Source of the DNA: Octopus sinensis
Taxonomy: Eukaryota
Length of the DNA stretch: 19,041 nucleotides
NCBI RefSeq assembly: GCF_006345805.1
Contig: NW_021824293.1
Location: 1-19,041, forward strand
Direction: 5' to 3'
The notes under the pieces are model-generated. The model did no database searches, had not been told where the DNA came from, and was given only the letters and a program-made list of their open reading frames with translations. Shown here piece by piece: positions 1 to 9,086 of this stretch (its first letter is position 1; every line of letters begins with the position of its first letter). A program made the translations under genes and the position numbers.

Positions 1-15
1 TTTCAGCGCCACCTC

Positions 16-54
16 ATATATATATATATAATGTATATATATTCTATATATATA

Positions 55-116
<62 letters not shown>

Positions 117-120
117 GATA
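16..120. repeat. (TA)n microsatellite grading into (TATG)n
   Basis: Directly visible dinucleotide run. Confidence 0.97.
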
Positions 121-237
121 TATTCCGTTAGGAACGTGGCAGAGTACAGTATAAAGCTCGTTCACCCTCAGAATTACTATCCGGGGAGCATTTTTATATA
201 CTTCCAGGTTTATGTTTGGGTATTCGTCGTGTGTGAA

Positions 238-1221
238 TATAAAATTAAAGAAATTGGAGTCAACAAAACGGAGTACGGTTGGACAGTTACTTTTTAATCA
301 CAACAGTGTTTTCTACTCAGCGTGTTTCTCCAAAATTACAGGTATTTGATTATGCAACTGTTTGTTTGCATAATGATATCCAGGTGTGTTTCCTCATGTG
401 AAATTCAAGTGTTGTCTCCGTTAATTTAGAATCTTCGACTTCAACGCCATCCCATATCCGTCCTTCTTGGTTTGAACTTAGAAGCAGTTAGTAGATTCAT
501 GTTGTTTGGTGGCTGCTATGACTGGTAGTAGATGGCTGTTTTGGTATCGGCTGGTCGCTGACCTGTTTCTCATTGTTGGCAGCACGTGCGAATTCTATTA
601 GCTGACCTTCAGCATTTAGTGGTCAGAACAGTAAAGCGATCAGCCGGTAGCAAAACAGCCATAAGGCGGCGAGCTGGCAGAAACGTTAGCACGCCGGGCG
701 AAATGCTTAGCGGTATTTCGCATGCCGTTACGTTGTGAGTTGAAATTCCGCCGAGGTCGACTGTGCCTTTCATCCTTTCGGGGCCGATTAAATAAGTACC
801 AGTTACGCACTGGGGTCGATATAATCGACTTAATCCGTTTGTCTGTCTTTGTTTGTCCTCTCTGTGTTTAGCCCCTTGTGGATAGTAAAGAAATAGTTAA
901 CAAAACAGCCATCCACCACCCTCATTGCAATCCAACAAACATACTCTAGCATCAAACAATATTAATCTACCAACTGCTACTGAATTCAAGCCAAGGCGAA
1001 CGGGTGGAATGGCCTTGAAGTCGAAGATTTTAAACTAACGGAGACAACATTTGAATATCACCCGAGGAAGCACAACTGGATTTCATTATGCAAACAAATA
1101 CTTGCATAATCCAATACCTTTCTTTTTAGAGAAACACGTTATGTGGAAACAATTGTAGTGATTAAAAAATAACTCTTCAACTGTACTCCTTCATGTTGAC
1201 TCCAATTTCTTCAATTTTATA
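238..1221. mobile_element. Long foldback (palindromic) element: MITE-like or inverted Penelope pseudo-LTR pair, interrupted by a SINE
   Basis: 238-570 is the imperfect reverse complement of 624-662 plus 913-1221, e.g. aaattggagtcaaca vs tgttgactccaattt, atcttcgacttcaa vs ttgaagtcgaagat, ggctgttttg vs caaaacagcc. Central loop ~571-623; both outer ends stop at TATA. Confidence 0.8.
663..897 (+). mobile_element. tRNA-derived SINE, family A, full-length monomer with target-site duplication
   Basis: Pol III A-box-like tggcagaaacgttagc and B-box-like gagttgaaattc, followed by the core gcctttcatcctttcggg...aagtaccagtt shared with other copies in the window. Flanked by ta(g/a)caaaacagccat at 648-662 and 898-912. 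Confidence 0.92.
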
Positions 1222-1380
1222 TATAGATGTGCTGTGTGTATGTGTGAGTGTATATATGTATGTGTGTATGCATGCGTGTATGTATATATATGTGTGTGTG
1301 TGTGTATGTATGGATGTATGTACATATATTTATACACACACACACACACACTCACACACTCACACACACTCACACACCTA
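1222..1380. repeat. Compound (TG)n/(TATG)n/(CA)n microsatellite
   Basis: Directly visible. Confidence 0.93.
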
Positions 1381-1847
1381 CGCATCATGATTTTTGTATT
1401 GTTTTTATTGTAACAAGGAACGAACTTAGAAGGGCGTGGTCGCTTGCCTTTGTGGGTTGTCCATAGCAATGAGCTGTGGCTATGCTGCTACTGCTTTTGG
1501 TGGTGGTGATAGTGGTGGTTATGGTGGAGGAGGTGCAGGTGATGAGGTTTCTGTTCTTGTGTTGTAGAGCATGATGTGGACTGGTTTGTCGAATATCAAA
1601 TCAATGTAATTATGTAGCCTAGTTGGAGCCACTTGTAGTTTAGTATGTGCTATTGTCGACTTTATTAGTTGCATATGAGGTTAGTATACTTACCGTATAT
1701 TGGTGAATATGGTGGAGTTCAATTAGGGTGCTCTTATGGATGATGTAATTTTTTGGTGTAGTTTGGGGTATGTTGTATATTATTGTATATAATACTGTAG
1801 TATAGTTGGTGTACACACTTGAATAATGTAGTACAATTAGTGTTGCA

Positions 1848-2714
1848 AAGGCAGCGAACTGGCAGAAACGTTAGCACGCCGGGTGAAATGCTTAGCGGTA
1901 TTTCGTCTGCCGCTACGTTCTGAGTTCAAATTCCGCCGAGGTCGACTTTGCCTTTCATCCTTTCGGGTTCGATAAATTAAGTACCAGTTGCGTCCTCGTG
2001 TCGATCTAATTGACTGGCCCCCACTCCAAAACCTTCGGGCCTTTTGCCTGGAGTAGAAAAGAATATTTTGTCACGTTTTATGGCGGCGAGCTGGCAGAAA
2101 CTTTAGCACGCCGGGCGAAATGCTTGGCGGTATGTCGTCTGCCGTTACGTTGTGAGTTCAAATTCCGCCGAGGTCGACTTTGCCTTTCATCCTTTTGAGG
2201 TCGATTAAATAAGTACCAGTTACGCACTGAGGTCGATATAGTCGACTTAATCCGTTTGTCTGTCCTTGTTTGTCCTCTCTGTACTTAGCCCCTTGTGGAT
2301 AGTAAAGAAATAGGTATTTCGTCTGCTTTTACATTCTGAGTTCAAATTGCGCCGAGGTTGACGTTGCCTTTCATCGTTTCGGGGTCGATAAATTAAGAAC
2401 CAGTTGCGTCCTGAGGTCGATCTAATTGACTGGCCCCTTCTCCAAAACCTTCGGGCCTTGTGCCTAGAGTAGAAAAGAATATTCTGTCACGTATTATGGC
2501 GGCGAGCTGGCAGAAACGTTAGCATGCTGGGCGAAATGCTTAGTGGTATTTCGTCTGCCGTTACGTTCTGAGTTCAAATTCCGCCGAGATTGACTTTGCC
2601 TTTCATCCTTTCGGGTTCGATAAATTAAGTACTAGTTGCGTACTGGGGTCAATCTAATTGACTGGCCTTCTCCCCCAAAATTTCGGGCCTTGTGCCTAGA
2701 GTAGAAAAGAATAT
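1848..2714 (+). mobile_element. Tandem multimer of SINE family A (four core units)
   Basis: Units at about 1848-2081, 2082-2313, 2314-2497 (headless) and 2498-2714, each with gagttcaaatt(c/g)cgccgag...gcctttcatc. Flanked by aattagtgttgca (1835-1847) and aattagtgtgca (2715-2726). Confidence 0.92.
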
Positions 2715-2881
2715 AATTAGTGTGCATTATAATGTATGTTGCAGTGTGTTTGTAGGACACTGTAGTAAGACATAATAGAGTTAGAATATATTACAGTATG
2801 TGCAACAGTATCATTGCGCTACCTTGTTGTATTGTGTAACGTGCTGACAAATGTTGATAGCTATGGAGCTATGCAATTAAC

Positions 2882-3010
2882 GTCTTGTTGTGTAGCCCAT
2901 GGCGAATCCTAATTAATAAGAATGATCATCAAGAGGAGTCTAATCATGACTATCTCGTTTATTAAGGGCGTTTGGGGCTAACAGTTAGGCGTGATTTTGG
3001 TTGCGATTTG
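2882..3010 (-). mobile_element. Diverged copy of repeat family C (SINE-like, CAA tail)
   Basis: Minus strand reads gatagtcatgattagactcctcttgatgatc...gggctacacaacaagac, resembling ggtcatggttggaatgcccttgatcatg...ggggtcagtaccaccaacaac at 12956-13030. Confidence 0.5.
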
Positions 3011-3048
3011 TTTTCTGTTGTTATTATTATTACTATTCGTCCGTCTTT

Positions 3049-3370
3049 AAGGTAACGAGCTGGCAGAATGGTTAGCACTTCGAGTATAATGCTGAGCGGC
3101 ATTTCGTCCGTCTTTACGTTCAGAGTTCAAATTCCGCCGAGTTCGACTTTGCCTTTCATCTCTTTCGGGGTCGATAAATTAAGTACCAGTTGAGCACTGG
3201 GGTTGATGTGATCGACTTAACCTCTCACTTCAAATTTCAAGCCTTGTGACTTTGAGTTCGGATTTCAAATTCCGCCGAGGCTGACTTTGCCTTTCATTCT
3301 TCCGAGATCGATAAAATAGTTACCAGTCGAAGATTGGTGTCGATATTGCTGGCCTTGTGCCAACCTTTGT
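3049..3370 (+). mobile_element. SINE family A, older copy plus a second partial core
   Basis: aaggtaacgagctggcagaatggttagc head, gagttcaaattccgccgag B-box and core; the core repeats from ~3262. Confidence 0.88.
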
Positions 3371-3879
3371 CATCATTTTTGTTTTCTTTCTTTTTTTTTT
3401 ATTTGCATTGTATTAAATGGCGATCAACGGCGGAAGAATCTAAATGAAATATTAATGCGGGGTGGTCATGTTTGAGTTGGTGTGGTATAGTGTGGTGCAG
3501 TGGTGTTGCTCCAGTGGGAGGCGACGTGATGTTTAGTGGTGAAGAGCAGGAAGTGGGGTGGGTGTGATATAGCATGGTAATAATGAAGTGCGGTCAAACA
3601 TGGTGGAGGTTGGTGCTGAGTGGTGTGGTTCGATGTGGGGTTCGGGGTGGGCGGTCAAGTGTGTGGTGAGAGCAGAGCCACGTGGAGGTGTGGTACAGCC
3701 TTGGGACACACGTTTATTGTTTTCTTAAACAGACACAGAGCGCTTTTTATGAGAGCTTCAAACAATATCGATCAGTTCATTATTGATCAGTCGATATCGA
3801 TCAGTTATGTCTGATAAACCTGAGTGTGTTAAACAAAGTAACACTGATTGAATTCATTATTTTCATAATAAAGTGCTCG

Positions 3880-3923
3880 TACACACGCAGGCACGCAGGC
3901 ACACATTTACGCACACAAGCGCG

Positions 3924-3981
<58 letters not shown>

Positions 3982-4174
3982 CGTACACGCGCGCGGCTCA
4001 CACATGCACGTACGCACACAGGCACAGACACACACGTACACGAACTTGTACATAACCGTATACATACAGACAGAAAGATAATCATTTCCACGATCACTAT
4101 ACTCATATATCCACATACACATCTACACACACATATTTTTACATACATATGTATATGTATATATATATAATATA

Positions 4175-4207
<33 letters not shown>

Positions 4208-4445
4208 ATGTATGTATGTATACACATAGGTGCATGTATACACACATGAAGTTATACCAATTAACAGTACACTTATACACACAAGTACACACACATATAC
4301 ACATACATACATACATGCACATAATGACCACATTACACATTCACGCATACAACACACATATATACACACACAAACACATACGCGGCCAACACTCTTACAC
4401 GCGATCTGTACACACACACACACACACACACACACATTACCACAT
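3880..4445. repeat. Compound (CA)n/(TA)n/(CG)-containing microsatellite field
   Basis: Directly visible; explains the His/Thr- and Val/Cys-rich ORFs. Confidence 0.93.
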
Positions 4446-4680
4446 GAACATTAAGTGCCGTACACCGCCGACAACACACTCATTAGCATATTCGTTTGTT
4501 GGTGTATTTGTCATTAGACACAATTCTCCTAATACATAAACCGCCATAATGACTGCAATTAGAATATATCTTCTTTAATCTGACAGAAAGATTATGTTTA
4601 CCCTGAATACAAAATGGCAGCGACGTTTGACAAACTACGAAACTATTGTATAATGTTCAGTAAATCATATAATATCCACT

Positions 4681-4734
4681 ATGGATTTAATATTCAGTAT
4701 GGATTAATATTCAGTATGGATTAATATCCGGTAT
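4681..4734. repeat. 17-bp tandem repeat, about 3 copies (atggattaatattcagt)
   Basis: atggatttaatattcagt atggattaatattcagt atggattaatatccggt. Confidence 0.85.
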
Positions 4735-4836
4735 AGGACTTCAAGCATTTCTAAGAGAGAAACATCGAATATTAAAATAAATGGTAACGAATCATGAACA
4801 ACAAAACTGGTTTCGGCTACCAAAAAAAAAAAAAAA

Positions 4837-5356
4837 TGCCCGTATGGTAAGAGACTTGCTTCCCAACCACATGGTTTGGGGTTCAGTCTCACTGTGTGGC
4901 GTCCTTGGATAAGTGTCTTCTACTATAGCCTCAGACCTCGGGCTGACCAAAGCCTTGTAAGTGGATTTGGTAGACAGAAACTGAAAGAATCCGTTCAAAA
5001 AAAAATATAATATTATTATGTATGTATATATGCATCTATCTATATATATATGCGTGTTTATATATAATATATATATATATAATATATATAGATATATATA
5101 TATATATAATATATATGTATATATATATATCTATATATATATATATACATACATACATACATACAGACATACATATATACATATATATATATTTATATGT
5201 ATATATGTATGTATGCATGTATGCGCGAGTGTTTGTGTGTTTGTGTACTGGGCTTACAAAGAATAAGTCCCGGGGTCGAGTTGCTCAACTAAAGGCGGTG
5301 CTCCAGCATTGCCGCAGTCAAATGACTGAAACAAGTAAAAAAAAAAAAAAAAAGAG
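4837..5356 (+). mobile_element. tRNA-derived SINE, family B, with expanded internal (TA)n and an internal deletion
   Basis: Head tggtaag...ggggttcagtctcactg and body gtggatttggtagacagaaactgaaagaa, then ~240 bp of microsatellite, then the 3' part tactgggcttacaaagaataagtcccgggg...gactgaaacaagtaaaa. It lacks the segment seen at ~6397-6481 in the intact copy. Confidence 0.9.
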
Positions 5357-5357
5357 T

Positions 5358-5575
5358 ATAGAGGAACTGGATAAGGAAAATTGCATCACTGATAAATGAA
5401 GGGCTTAAAGCCGAGACTGAAAAAACTTTCTATTGTGGCATAAGACCAAAGCTTCTTCACCAAAATTCAGCAAAAGTTTATATAATGAAGCAGAATACAT
5501 TTACTGCAGTATACATGGAGATGATTAACATATAATTAGCCATGTTATCTCTAAACCTAGAAAAAAATACCGAGT
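5358..5575 (+). mobile_element. Decayed non-LTR retrotransposon fragment (R4/Dong-like, post-RT region and zinc knuckle)
   Basis: Translated across frameshifts: LDKEN..GLKAETE (5401-5421), IVA*DQSFFTK (from 5432), YCSIHGDD*HIISHVIS (5502-5552). This matches my recollection of the R4-clade motif order GLKxETEGFIxAxQDQSLxT...CRxC...ETIxHIISxC. Confidence 0.62.
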
Positions 5576-5659
5576 GGAGACTTACCAGCAAGGGGGCAAG
5601 TGAAATAGTGAATGAATAATAATTCTTGGGCAATTTTAGGAGTTTTGAGAATATGGGGA

Positions 5660-5818
5660 TAAAAAACTCCAGTGTATAACTGACACTTTGTTTCATCGAC
5701 CACAGACAGATGAAAGGCAAACTTTACTTCGGTGGGATTTGAACTAAGTACAGAATGATAAGAAATGCCACAAGGTACTTCGTTCAAAGCTCTATCGACA
5801 CCGTCACCTTACCGCTTT
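5660..5818 (-). mobile_element. SINE family A, heavily diverged
   Basis: tcatcgacc...gatgaaaggcaaactttacttcggtgggatttgaact is the reverse complement of the core and B-box. Confidence 0.72.
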
Positions 5819-5824
5819 CGACAG

Positions 5825-6960
5825 TGAATGAATAGCAAGAATGATTATTGAATGAATGAATGAAAGAAAGAATGAATGGAATAAAATAAATGAATAAATG
5901 AGAGAAAATGAGTTGAAATATTAATGGTAATGAATGAGTGGAGTAGTTGAGAAAATTGAAGCTCTAATAAGCGAATGAGTAGGTGACAGTGAAAGAGGTT
6001 TATAGTGAAATGAAAAATAAAGAACTAGAATAAGAGAAGATAACATTTTAAAACCTATATTGAACGAATATAGAAAGCTGTTTTTTTTTTATGTCTATTC
6101 AATGAACGAGTAAAAGTAGCATGAATAAATATGTGAAGGATGGAAAACTGGAATGGAAGCAATAAAAAAAAATTGACTAAAATTAGTGGCTGTGTGGTAA
6201 GTAGCTTGCTAACCAACCACATGGTCTCGGGTTCAGTCCCACTGCGTGGTATCTTGGGCAAGTGTCTTCTACTATAGCCTCGGGCCGACCAATGCCTTGT
6301 GAGTGGATTTGGTAGACGGAAACTGAAAGAAGCCTGTCGCATATATGTATATATATATATGTATTTGTGTGTATATGGTTGTGTGTCTGTGTTTGTCCCC
6401 CTAGCATTGCTTGACAACCGATGCTGGTGTGTTTATTTCCTCGTTACTTAGCGGTTCGGCAAAAGAGCCCGATAGAATAAATACTGGGCTTACAAAGAAT
6501 AAGTTCCGGGGTCGATTTGCTCGACTAAAGGCGGTGCTCCAGCGTAGCCGCAGTCAAATGACTGAAACAAGTAAAAGAGTAAAAAAGAGATATGATTATA
6601 TAAATAGATTCAGAAAAGAAAGAAAGAATTAGTGAGATAAATGATATAAGTTGTGAAAAAATAGAAATAATGAATGAAAAACAGATGAAGAAAAACAGAG
6701 TAAGTAAATGGATGATTTTAAAGTTAATGCGTATATGAATGAAATTCGCAGGCAATCGAATAAAGGAAGAAAGGATGGGATGAATGAAATGAATAAAAAA
6801 ATAGATGAATGTATGAACAAAACAAAAAAAATGAAATAAACGAATGATGTTAAAATATGAAACAATAAATAGAGGAAGGAATAAGCGAAGAAGAGAAAAT
6901 GGTGAATGAAAAAAATGGATGAATGAAAAGGGGAAAAAATCTCTGAAGTAATTGAAGTAG
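5825..6960. repeat. Degenerate (GAAT)n / purine-rich low-complexity tract, split by a SINE B insertion
   Basis: aatgaatgaatgaa runs and strong A/G skew on both sides of 6185-6590. Confidence 0.75.
6185..6590 (+). mobile_element. tRNA-derived SINE, family B, near full length
   Basis: A-box-like tggctgtgtggtaag, B-box-like gggttcagtccc, CORE-like tcttgggcaagtgtctt, internal (TA)/(TG) run and gtaaaaga tail. Closely matches the reverse complement of 16573-16974. Confidence 0.93.
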
Positions 6961-6999
6961 AAGAAGATCAATAACATTTGTGAAGGCCCCTTGTCACCC

Positions 7000-7240
7000 A
7001 CATCCGCTCACGTCTCGTGGTGAGGACAGGAGTTCGTATATAGTGATGGTGATGGTGGTAGCGCTAAAGGTGGGAGGGCGGAATGGAACGGACGTTCACA
7101 CGCAGCTTCCGGTTGGTGCGATGAGATCATGGTCACATGACTAATGCGCTTACTTACCACGCACCGCTAATCCATTGATGGATCGAGATTAAGCTCGGCT
7201 GGTTGGCTCTCTGGCAAGATGGCGGACTGGCGGAATGGTA
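7000..7240. promoter_or_regulatory. CpG-rich unique island with promoter-type motifs
   Basis: GC box gggagggcgg (7072-7081), ETS-like cttccgg (7106-7112), E-box gtcacatgac (7132-7141), YY1 caagatggcgg (7215-7225), and a minus-strand G|GTAAGT at 7158/7157. Confidence 0.45.
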
Positions 7241-7257
7241 TATTGTATAAAGCACCA

Positions 7258-7258
7258 T

Positions 7259-7306
<48 letters not shown>

Positions 7307-7315
7307 CACCACCAA
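7258..7315. repeat. (TAC)n-(CAC)n trinucleotide repeat
   Basis: Directly visible. Confidence 0.95.
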
Positions 7316-7692
7316 TACTACTCACTGCCCGTGAACAACCAACTAAACATTAGTGTCGGTGGAACCACCTCTACCTCTGCCGGAACTGCTTTATCGGCAA
7401 CATTAATGGCACCACTGATATCATCACCATCATCACTGCCTTCGTCACCATTAACATCTACCTCAGTACAGATTCTACAGCTAAGAATACTAAAACCGCT
7501 ATCGACGTCGCAACTTCCACCACCACCACCACGTACAATCCCCACCACCACCACCTCCGCCACCAAGTTTTGAATAAATTATTGCAAAAATTTGGTGATG
7601 GGTGAGATTATAGAGATGAAACTAAATACCACCAAGAATTCGTTTTGTTGCTCTTAACCGATTCTGTCATCAGCAACCTTAAATGAAATATT

Positions 7693-7885
7693 GGTTTCAA
7701 GTTTTGGCACAAGGCCAGCAATTCCGGGAGGTGGGTGGTAATCGACTACATCGACCCCAGTACTCAACTGGTTCTTAGTTTATCGGCTCAGAAAGGAATG
7801 AAAAGCAAAGTGGACCGCAACGGAATTTGAAATCAGAAAGTAAAGACGGACGAAAGCCGCTAAGCATTTTATCCGGCGTGCTAAC
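7693..7885 (-). mobile_element. SINE family A copy
   Basis: ggcacaaggcc...atcgaccccagtactcaactgg...cggaatttgaaatcagaa...ccgctaagcattttatccggcgtgctaac is the reverse complement of the family A sequence. Confidence 0.86.
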
Positions 7886-7949
7886 AAACCTTTATAATAT
7901 TAATTCCCCCTAAGATAGACACAATATCAGAAATTTTAACGAACGGAAA

Positions 7950-8118
7950 TAAATTATACCGAACTCAATATTTTACAGGTATCACGTTTTGATGATACTA
8001 GAAAAACTAAAAGAAAATTTGACACCGGCAGGATTTGAACCTAGAGAGTAAAGAGCCGATATAGTTATCGCAAGGGATTTTTTACCCAACACGCTAATGA
8101 CTTCACCAGTCTACCGTA
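7950..8118 (-). mobile_element. SINE family A, very diverged
   Basis: ttgacaccggcaggatttgaacctagag...cacgctaatgacttcaccagtctaccg resembles the reverse-complemented head and B-box. Confidence 0.6.
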
Positions 8119-8220
8119 TTAGTAAAAGCTTTTCAAAGATTTTAATTTTGGTTCAAAGAAATAAATATTGATTTAAAGGAACAGAAGATTAAATCGCACC
8201 CTTAAAGGATGTGAAGAGAA

Positions 8221-8250
8221 ATTCTATTGTGATTCTATTGTGATTCTATT
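8221..8250. repeat. 11-bp tandem repeat (attctattgtg), ~2.7 copies
   Basis: Directly visible. Confidence 0.85.
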
Positions 8251-8750
8251 CACATTAAAATGCTGATTTAAAGACGTCAGATAAAAATGTGCACTTGCTC
8301 CATTTTCAGCCTCTGTCGCATCATTCAACAGGCGAAGCTTTCAATGTCAGCAGTCTCCAAACCAATGAGTGATCCGAAAGTTATGGAAATCAAACCATCC
8401 CGTTCGAGCATTCAAAATTGCCATGGTTCAACGTAGTTCACTGAAGTATTTCTTAACTTCATATTTCTTCTCTTCATCGTTGTACGTTTTGCAAGACTTA
8501 AAAACTAATTCGGATTTGCCTCTGATTTTGTTTCCGTATTAAGCTTAGCTAATGTTGGGATGTCTTGAGTGATACAATCAGTGACGTCAGTGGATGGCCA
8601 AATGATATTGTATCATTAGACCTCTTGGCAATTAGACCTTATCCTAAACCACTCTTGACACGCAAACGTCATTGGAAGCTTCAACGTGTCCTGTATTTGA
8701 ATGGGTGGAAGTTCAGTTGACGTCGGTTCCATGTAGTCAGATGTTTTAAA

Positions 8751-8868
8751 CCCCAAGAGGACATCTCCTCTATCTGGTTAACGAGGCAGAGCTGCATCGG
8801 ATAAATTGCGAGCAGGGAAGAATGTAACAGTGCCTCGTCAACCAGCTAGAGGGGATGTCCTCTTAGGG
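8751..8868. mobile_element. piggyBac-like MITE (118 bp, 38-bp TIRs)
   Basis: 8751-8788 and 8831-8868 are inverted repeats with 4 mismatches. Termini are CCC...GGG, right flank TTAA (8869-8872), left flank TAAA (8747-8750). Confidence 0.75.
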
Positions 8869-8960
8869 TTAAAAAATCACGGTAGAGTCCGTCCGAATGG
8901 ACAACCACGTTGAAGTTAGAGAGATTTTAAAATTAGCATTTTTGCTTATATATGTGTGTG

Positions 8961-9086
8961 TCCCTTTCTGTAGAAGAACGTAGGCTCGAAACGTAAAAGA
9001 CTTTTTTCTATTCCTGAGCATTATACTAATACCTCTGTTTGTTTTGTACACCATCTGTCTTCGTCTTTTGTTTTTTCGTAAACTCT

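Noticed and set aside
663-752. tRNA gene
   Set aside because: A and B boxes are present but there is no cloverleaf; it is the head of a SINE followed by a repeat body.
1848-2714. CRISPR-like array
   Set aside because: Repeat units are ~180-230-bp SINE modules without unique spacers, in a eukaryotic context.
3801-4539. His/Thr- and Val/Cys-rich ORFs
   Set aside because: Translation of (CA)n/(TG)n microsatellites.
6055-6632. Similar ORFs recurring at 6055-6632, 14890-15260 and 16745-16988 (apparent gene family)
   Set aside because: Chance frames through copies of SINE family B.
7122-7145. bantam-like microRNA (TGAGATCAT start)
   Set aside because: Only the first 9 nt match and there is no complementary upstream arm to form a precursor hairpin.
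7235-7573. 112-aa ORF with Y/H runs and a Ser/Thr/Pro-rich tail
   Set aside because: Built on (TAC)n/(CAC)n and degenerate CAC/CAT repeats; no recognisable homology.
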